Assembly: GCA_963710605.1 (NCBI GenBank)
Contig: CAVQBA010000004.1
Location: forward strand, 320,001-384,000
Direction of reading: 5' to 3'
DNA: 64,000 nt
Source of the DNA: an uncultured cyanobacterium
Lineage (GTDB): Bacteria; Cyanobacteriota; Cyanobacteriia; Cyanobacteriales; Cyanobacteriaceae
Part shown: in pieces, positions 57,133-64,000 of the stretch
Position numbering within the stretch: the stretch's first letter is position 1
Layout: each line of letters begins with the position of its first letter
Made by a program: the position numbers and the translations under genes
Notes under the pieces: model-generated
What the model was told of the DNA's origin: nothing
Seen by the model: only the letters and a program-made list of their open reading frames with translations
Databases searched by the model: none

Positions 57133-59157
57133 GTGGAAAAAGGAAAACTAATTGAAATAAAAGTAAATGGCGATCGTCGTTTAGCAGTATTAGATAAACC
57201 AGAAGGAAAAAAAGACTGGCTTGCGATCGATACCAATGGAAATAGTCATAAAGTTCGCCCTCAAAAAATAGAATATCAAGTAGAACAAACAGAAGGAGAA
57301 TTATATAAATATACTGATATACCTAAATTTGAGCAAAAAGTTAGTCAATATTTAGATTTATCCAATTTAGAAATAGCTTGGGAATTATTAGTAGAAGAGC
57401 CAGAACCTTTGTCTGTTAAAGATTTAACAGGATTAATTTTTAGTGAAGAAACTCCCGAATTATGTTACGCCTGTTATCTATTGTTGTCTGAAGATAAAAT
57501 ATATTTCAAAAAGAAAGCAGATCTCTACGAACCTCGCCCCGTAACTCAAGTAGAAGAAATCAAACATCAAATTGAAGTAGAAGCTCAAAAAAAAGCTGAA
57601 AAAGAAAATTTTGTCACTAAAGTAGATCAAGCCTTAACAGGAAAAGAAGTTGAATGGGCAGACACAGATTTAACTCGAATACATTTTCTCGAAAAGTTAG
57701 CGATTACACCAGACAAATCTAACAGACAAGCAGAAGATATCTTAGAATTATTAAATCGTAAAAAAACTCCTGAGAATGCGGTGCAATTATTGATAGACTT
57801 AAAACTATGGAGTAAGCATGAAAATCTATTTTTACGGCGTAGTTCCTATCCTCATGAATTCTCTCAACAGGTACCCCAAGTGACTCAATCTCTTATCGAT
57901 CAGGTGATTAGTGGTGACTTTACTGACAAAGATGAAGATCGTCTTGATTTGACTCATCACAAAATATATACGATCGATGATGAATCAACTAGAGAAATTG
58001 ACGACGGTTTAAGTGTCGAACATTTAGAAGATGGTTCAACTCGTATCTGGGTTCATATCGCCGATCCTAGTCGCTTAATTGATCCAAATGATGCCCTAGA
58101 TTTAGAAGCTCGTAAACGTAGCACTAGTCTATATTTACCGACGGGAATGATTTCGATGTTCCCTCCAGAATTAGCAACTGGTCCCATGAGTTTAATCCAA
58201 GGTCAAAAATGCCCTGCTCTTAGCTTTAGCGTGGTTCTAGATGATGCAGGTAAGGTAATTGATTATTCGATTCATTCTAGTTGGGTAAAACCGACTTATC
58301 GCTTAACTTATGATGATGTGATCGAAATGTTAACCATGGATATACCCGCAGAAGAAGAAATTAAAATTTTGGCGAAGGCGGCGAAAAAAAGAGAACAATG
58401 GCGTAGAAGTAATGGTTCGGTGATGATTGCCATGCCAGAAGCGGTTATTAAGGTTAAAGATGAAGAACAAGAAGATGTTTCGATCGAAATTTTAGAGATG
58501 TCTCAAGCACGTTTATTAGTAGCTGAGATGATGATCGTCACAGGAGAGATAGCGGGGAGATATTGTCAAGAACATGGCTTACCAGTACCGTTTAGAGGGC
58601 AACCACAACCTGAATTACCGCCTGAAGAAGAATTGAATATGTTACCACCCGGACCAGTTCGTTTTGCGGCTGTGCGTCGTTGTATGCCTAAAAGCGAAAC
58701 GGCTTTATCTCCTGCTCGTCATGCTAGTTTGGGTTTAGATACTTATACTCAAGTCACATCCCCAATCCGTCGTTATACTGATTTATTAGCTCACTTCCAA
58801 ATTAAAGCTCACCTAAGAGGTGATGAGTTACCTTTTCAACGAGATAAATTGCAAGAAATTTTGTTTGAGGTAGTCTCTACTGCTTCTGAAGCTACTTTTG
58901 TGGAAAGACAAACTAATCGTTATTGGAGTTTGCATTATTTACTGAAAAATAGTCAGGAAGTTTGGCAAAGTATAATGCTTCGTTGGTTACGTGAAGATGA
59001 TGGTTTAGCTTTTATTTTGTTGGAAGATTTAGGCTTAGAGTTTGTGCATCGATTCGATCGTACTCCTAAACTAGGAGAAATATTACAATTACAAGTATAT
59101 TTTTGTGATCCTCAAAGGGATGAAATACGATTTAAAGAAGTAGCGATTAATGAGTAA
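57133..59157 (+). CDS. Ribonuclease II/R (RNB domain) exoribonuclease
   Basis: TIDDESTREIDDG, VHIADP, TSPIRRYTDL. Confidence 0.92.
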   Translation: MEKGKLIEIKVNGDRRLAVLDKPEGKKDWLAIDTNGNSHKVRPQKIEYQVEQTEGELYKYTDIPKFEQKVSQYLDLSNLEIAWELLVEEPEPLSVKDLTGLIFSEETPELCYACYLLLSEDKIYFKKKADLYEPRPVTQVEEIKHQIEVEAQKKAEKENFVTKVDQALTGKEVEWADTDLTRIHFLEKLAITPDKSNRQAEDILELLNRKKTPENAVQLLIDLKLWSKHENLFLRRSSYPHEFSQQVPQVTQSLIDQVISGDFTDKDEDRLDLTHHKIYTIDDESTREIDDGLSVEHLEDGSTRIWVHIADPSRLIDPNDALDLEARKRSTSLYLPTGMISMFPPELATGPMSLIQGQKCPALSFSVVLDDAGKVIDYSIHSSWVKPTYRLTYDDVIEMLTMDIPAEEEIKILAKAAKKREQWRRSNGSVMIAMPEAVIKVKDEEQEDVSIEILEMSQARLLVAEMMIVTGEIAGRYCQEHGLPVPFRGQPQPELPPEEELNMLPPGPVRFAAVRRCMPKSETALSPARHASLGLDTYTQVTSPIRRYTDLLAHFQIKAHLRGDELPFQRDKLQEILFEVVSTASEATFVERQTNRYWSLHYLLKNSQEVWQSIMLRWLREDDGLAFILLEDLGLEFVHRFDRTPKLGEILQLQVYFCDPQRDEIRFKEVAINE

Positions 59158-59241
59158 GGAGTAGGGAATAGGGAATAGGGAATAGGGAATAGGGAATAGG
59201 GAATAGGGAATAAGGAGTCTTAGAGCTGATAGCTGATAGCT
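59152..59241. repeat. Heptamer arrays (GGGAATA)x7 and (AGCTGAT)n after the RNase stop
   Basis: Read directly; same unit as 10821-10883 in opposite orientation. Confidence 0.93.
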
Positions 59242-59374
59242 TAGAGCTTACAATTGTTAATTATTGATAACAATAGATGTAATAATAAGGTTAATTAGTT
59301 GGTCAAGATACTTATATTTGTTTAAACATTTTGTTACAATTAACACAAAATTTATTTTATATATTAAAAAATTT

Positions 59375-60070
59375 ATGAGCGATAAAAACGTAGTTATATC
59401 TCCTTCTATCTTATCTGCTGACTTTGGTCGTTTAGGTGAAGAAATCAAAGCAGTTGATGAAGCTGGTGCTGATTGGATTCATATTGACGTAATGGACGGA
59501 CGTTTTGTACCTAATATTACAATTGGACCAATGATTGTCAAAGCTGTTCGCCCTTATACTGATAAACCTTTAGATGTTCATTTAATGATTGTTGAGCCTG
59601 AAAGATATGTAGAAGACTTTGCTAATGCAGGTGCGGATATTATTTCTGTTCATGCCGAGCATAATGCTTCTCCTCATCTACACCGTACTCTTTGTCAGAT
59701 TCGTGAATTAGGTAAAAAGTCTGGTGTGGTACTTAATCCTTCTACTCCATTAAATATTATTGAACACGTTCTTGATGTATGTGATTTAATTTTAATCATG
59801 AGTGTTAACCCCGGTTTTGGTGGTCAAAGCTTTATTCCTTCTGTTGTACCAAAAATCAAAGCTCTTCGTCAAATGTGTGATGAGCGTGGTTTAAATCCTT
59901 GGATTCAGGTTGATGGTGGTTTAAAACCTAACAATACATGGCAAGTACTAGAAGCTGGTGCTAATGCAATTGTAGCTGGTTCTGCTGTATTTAAAGCTGA
60001 TGATTATGCTGATGCAATTGAAGGTATCCGTAACAGCAAAAATCCTGATGCTGAATTAGTTACTGCTTAA
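59375..60070 (+). CDS. rpe: Ribulose-phosphate 3-epimerase
   Basis: [35 protein letters not shown]. Confidence 0.97.
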   Translation: MSDKNVVISPSILSADFGRLGEEIKAVDEAGADWIHIDVMDGRFVPNITIGPMIVKAVRPYTDKPLDVHLMIVEPERYVEDFANAGADIISVHAEHNASPHLHRTLCQIRELGKKSGVVLNPSTPLNIIEHVLDVCDLILIMSVNPGFGGQSFIPSVVPKIKALRQMCDERGLNPWIQVDGGLKPNNTWQVLEAGANAIVAGSAVFKADDYADAIEGIRNSKNPDAELVTA

Positions 60071-60112
60071 TTTGTCGAAAAAGCTATCAGCTATTAGCTA
60101 TCATTAAATAGA

Positions 60113-60135
60113 GGGTGCAAGCCTTGCACCCCTAC
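60113..60135. repeat. GTAG-type REP hairpin
   Basis: GGGTGCAAG CCTTGCACCC CTAC. Confidence 0.75.
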
Positions 60136-60169
60136 GAGTGAAAAATATCGAAATTATTTTGCACCAATA

Positions 60170-60260
60170 CTTAAAATAACAACGAGATAATTTTAAGACT
60201 TAAATTCAGTTTAATTTATTAAACGATATCTATTAGCCGTGAAATTTATTGCACGGTGGG
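60170..60260 (-). mobile_element. Family A MITE-like partial copy
   Basis: Core AGTTTAATTTATTAAACG at 60208-60225 plus CCGTG..CACGG hairpin. Confidence 0.6.
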
Positions 60261-60309
60261 TATTAGGCTTGTCTGAAATTTAGATAAAACTTACCTGTAA
60301 AATTTATGA

Positions 60310-61110
60310 CTACAAATTTCTATCCATTTTAATTGATTCATTCAACATTAACAATTCTTTTTCCAAATCATCAGCTTGTTGGTGATGCCCTAAAATTCCA
60401 TAACAAGTGATTAAACCTTGATATATCTCTGGTATTTCTTGAGCTATATCTTGTAATTGATGATAATATTCGATCGCTTCACGATATAAACATTGTCTTT
60501 GTTTCATTACAGCTAAACGATAAGTAGCCCAATAATCTCTTGGTTTAATTGCTAACGCCTGAAGATAGCTTTTTTCTGCATTAAACCATTGTTTTAAAAT
60601 TTGCTGACATTCTCCTTGCCAATAATAACTCCAATAATCATCAGGGCGAATAATTAACGCTTTTTGCCACAGATACAAAGCCGAAAGATACTTTTTAATT
60701 TTAAAATAAGACTTAGCTAAACGATAAGTAGCCCAATAATCTTCTTGTTTGTATTTTAAAGCATGATCAAAACAAATAATTGCTAATGCGTGATCATTTA
60801 ATCTAGATTGTAAAAGACAGCCTCGATCGTACCATGCCCAATAATTATTCGGTTGAATTTCACAAGCTTTTACCCAATTAGATAACGCTTCATCAAACAA
60901 ATCAAGTTCTTCTAAAACCTTGCCACGATAATACCAACTATAATAATCATGCTTGTAATATTCCAAAGCCTTATCGTAGCAAAAAAGAGCTTCAGAGAAA
61001 AAATGTTGTTCTCGTAATTGATTCGCTTGTTCGTACCAAGTACTATAACAGTCAGGGCGACACTCTAAAAAACGATATTGGTTGTTGTGATTTTTGTTAG
61101 CAATCATCAT
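60310..61110 (-). CDS. Tetratricopeptide repeat protein
   Basis: 34-aa periodic AL.I.P.DYWA.Y motifs. Confidence 0.85.
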   Translation of the reverse strand: MMIANKNHNNQYRFLECRPDCYSTWYEQANQLREQHFFSEALFCYDKALEYYKHDYYSWYYRGKVLEELDLFDEALSNWVKACEIQPNNYWAWYDRGCLLQSRLNDHALAIICFDHALKYKQEDYWATYRLAKSYFKIKKYLSALYLWQKALIIRPDDYWSYYWQGECQQILKQWFNAEKSYLQALAIKPRDYWATYRLAVMKQRQCLYREAIEYYHQLQDIAQEIPEIYQGLITCYGILGHHQQADDLEKELLMLNESIKMDRNL

Positions 61111-61423
61111 AGTTATGTGTGAAGAAATTATTTTTGACTATAATTTAGATAACTCGATCAAAATAATTGTTAATACTTAGGCACTTGCTTAGTATCAATC
61201 GACAATTACTTTTACTTCAAGCGAAAAACAGAGAAAATAAAAACAAGCTTTTCATTTTTAATAGGTGAGAAAACGATCAAAATATTGTTTGTTTAATTTT
61301 TCCGTAATATTATGTAAATTAAGATTTATTCATGACAATTGCAATAGTTATGGCAATTATTAATGATCAAATAGGCTGACAGTGTTATTTAAACATATAT
61401 CAAAATAAAGTTTAACAAAATCA

Positions 61424-63568
61424 ATGAATCATAATAATCAACAAATCAGACACGTTTTAGCCTTAGAATGTGGTACTTGGAAAAAAACTTTTTTTCTGGA
61501 TAAAAACACCTATTCTTTAGGAAGAAACTCGACAAGTTCTTTATTTTGTTACCATCGTGTTGTTTCTCGTAACCACGCTAGTTTATTAAAACTTAATTAT
61601 CATAATTTAACACAAAAAAAAGAATTCAAGAATATATTTTGGTTGATTGATGGTGATTTGACAGGGAAAAAAAGCACTAATGGTATTTATGTTAATGGTA
61701 AAAAATGTCTTGATGCACATCGTTTAGCACCAGGAGACATTATTTTCTTTGGTGGTATTGATGTTAAAGCTAAATATGATATTCTTGACCTTGATAATCA
61801 TGGTTTTTATAGCTCATCTTTTGAGGATACCAGTGAGATTGTTAAACTAAAAAATTTTACTCAAAACTTAGAACAAAATTCCCTCTTCATTTTAGATTCT
61901 CAGAAGTTAGAGCATTTTGAATTAATCGGTGAAACTGTTTTGATTGTCGATGCCACTACTGGGCAAATTATCAAAGCTAACACAAATGCTGAAGCTTTAT
62001 TGGGTTATTCGGTAGCTGAGTTAGAACAACTGAAGGTTGATGATTTTGATCTTAGTGAGCATAATATCATTGTTGATGAATTAGAGTCTGTTCGTAACTA
62101 TAATGTTTCGAGTACTAGAGAATCTATTTATCAAAGAAAAGATCAACAATTAATTAATGTTTTGCTCAAATCTATGAGCGTTAAATATCAGCAACAACAA
62201 TATATTTTCATTGCCATCCAAAATATTAACAATGCTAAAAAATTAGAAGATGTTTTACGTTACCAAAATAATCATGATTTACTAACTAATTTAGGAAATA
62301 AACAATTATTTAAGAAAAAAGTAGCTTACTGTTTAGGATATAACTCAATCAAAGAGACACAATTAGCATTAATTAAAATTAGACTTCATTCTAGTAAAAG
62401 TTTAGCCGAAAATATAGATACGAATAAAAGTAAAGCGTTAGAAAATAAAATAATTGAGTATATCAAAAGTAAAATTTCGACAATGGATACGATCGCTAAA
62501 TTTGTTGAAAATGAATACTATATGATGATTGAAGAAGTTAAAAATACAGCTAAAATAGAAGTCTTATTAAAAGACATTTTAAACTTTCTTAAAAATCCGA
62601 TCGTAATCAATGATGAATCGTTTTTATTCTCTGCTAATATGGGTATTACTATTCATCCTCAAGATGGACAAGATATCGATGAATTAATCCAAAAATCTAG
62701 TTTGGCTTTAGAAGCTAGTTATCAAAAATCTCTGAATAATTATCAATATTACGATTATCAAATTAGTGATTATTATTCTCAACAATATCGACAAGAACAA
62801 TTATTGATTGAAAGTATTAAAAAAAGTAAAATCAATATTATTTACAAACCAGTTATCGATACTCAAAATGAGCAAATAATTAGACTAAATTGTGAATTAA
62901 ATTATAGTGAAGATGAATTGGATAATTTTTCTCAATTAGATATTCTTAAACATACTCAAAAAACAGGCTATACTATTGATTTGATTGAATTATGTCTAAA
63001 CAAAATTACGATCGATTTACATTCATGGCAAGAAAAAAATGTAACTTTAAAACAAGTAAGTTTACCTATTTTACTTTCTACTTTAGTAGATAATAATTCA
63101 TTTAATTCGGTCATGGTTTTATTAACCGATTTCCAAACAAAAAATATAGATTTAGCTTTAGATATTATTATTGATGATCAGTATTATGGAAACCAAAAAA
63201 ATCGATCGGCTGAAGTCGGCACAGCACGATCGAGTTTATCTAATTTACACAAAATTGATCACGACTTAACCTTATCTAATTTTAGTTATCAGCAAGGTAT
63301 CGAACTACTTAACTCTACAGATAAATTTACTAGTATTAAAATTGTACTTCCTTCTGAGTTAGATTTAGAGAACGAACCGAAACAACAGGCTTTAATTATG
63401 AGTTTGTTAAGCTTTACTAATGCCCTCAATATTAACTTCATTATTGGTGGATTATCAACTCAAAAACAAAAAGATATTTTAATGGAATTAGGTTGCACAA
63501 TGATGGAAGGTTCTATTTTCACCCCTCCTTTAGTTGCCGAAGATGTGGCTACTTTCTTAGTTTCTTAA
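61424..63568 (+). CDS. FHA-PAS-GGDEF-EAL protein with degenerate catalytic motifs
   Basis: FHA LGRN/VSRNHA/STNG; HDLLTNLGN; ANMGITIHPQDG; LGCTMMEG; no GGDEF, EAL or DDFGTG motif. Confidence 0.8.
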   Translation: MNHNNQQIRHVLALECGTWKKTFFLDKNTYSLGRNSTSSLFCYHRVVSRNHASLLKLNYHNLTQKKEFKNIFWLIDGDLTGKKSTNGIYVNGKKCLDAHRLAPGDIIFFGGIDVKAKYDILDLDNHGFYSSSFEDTSEIVKLKNFTQNLEQNSLFILDSQKLEHFELIGETVLIVDATTGQIIKANTNAEALLGYSVAELEQLKVDDFDLSEHNIIVDELESVRNYNVSSTRESIYQRKDQQLINVLLKSMSVKYQQQQYIFIAIQNINNAKKLEDVLRYQNNHDLLTNLGNKQLFKKKVAYCLGYNSIKETQLALIKIRLHSSKSLAENIDTNKSKALENKIIEYIKSKISTMDTIAKFVENEYYMMIEEVKNTAKIEVLLKDILNFLKNPIVINDESFLFSANMGITIHPQDGQDIDELIQKSSLALEASYQKSLNNYQYYDYQISDYYSQQYRQEQLLIESIKKSKINIIYKPVIDTQNEQIIRLNCELNYSEDELDNFSQLDILKHTQKTGYTIDLIELCLNKITIDLHSWQEKNVTLKQVSLPILLSTLVDNNSFNSVMVLLTDFQTKNIDLALDIIIDDQYYGNQKNRSAEVGTARSSLSNLHKIDHDLTLSNFSYQQGIELLNSTDKFTSIKIVLPSELDLENEPKQQALIMSLLSFTNALNINFIIGGLSTQKQKDILMELGCTMMEGSIFTPPLVAEDVATFLVS

Positions 63569-64000
63569 ATAGACAAATTGAATTATTTTAGTAATAATTG
63601 ATTTTTTAATTATATTTTTAGTAAACATTAATAATACTAAGATAATCTAGATGATTTTTAATTTAAAAGTTGTTTTACATTTCTCTATTTCAATTATTAA
63701 TTTAAGTTAAACTTATTGCTGTAACAAAGTAATTCAGATAATTGTAGTAAAATTATTAAATTTATTTTTAACTGCAAATTTTATCTTTTTAATTTCAACT
63801 GTTTTATGATTTTTTCGGCTTTGTTATGGTCATTTATGTCAATTATGTTATAAAATGATATTAACTTTTGTTACAAATATTAAGATAATATCTAACAAAG
63901 CATTTTTAACTAATGTATTTTTTTAAACCCAATCAACCTATATTACAAAACAAAGAATTATCCTCAGATTCAGACCCATCAGCGTTAGTAAACTCCCTCA

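Noticed and set aside
63570..64000. AT-rich terminal region as an origin or RNA gene
   Set aside because: No DnaA-box cluster or RNA fold recognisable; probably intergenic, perhaps with the end of a gene beyond the window

Overview
AT-rich cyanobacterial chromosomal segment, identified by abundant HIP1 GCGATCGC/CGATCG plus psaFJ, ndhB, ndhM and kaiABC. Gene style suggests a unicellular Cyanobacterium/Geminocystis-like strain (inference). Most genes are core housekeeping: nadE, dusB, queE, carA, clpS, rsmG, pabAB, tsaD, argJ, gyrB, an RNase II/R and rpe. Accessory genes are interspersed: a CheB-CheR-PAS hybrid kinase, a cellulose-synthase-like GT2, SQR, TehB, LRV and pentapeptide repeat proteins, a possible macro-like enzyme and three decayed toxin-antitoxin loci. 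I found no rRNA, tRNA, CRISPR array or intact transposase. About ten genes, including essential gyrB, carry single-base frameshifts, most simply explained as consensus-sequence errors. The most interesting unexplained structure is non-coding. (1) About 20 heptamer arrays show a consistent strand polarity relative to gene starts and stops. (2) A dispersed bipartite-hairpin MITE family shows compensatory base changes. (3) A MITE sits inside the gyrB terminator. (4) A 24-nt in-frame HIP1-bounded micro-insertion lies in a degenerate GGDEF/EAL gene. (5) A possible orphan tnpB 3'-end/right-end remnant lies upstream of kaiA. No complete novel multi-gene system can be demonstrated from sequence alone.
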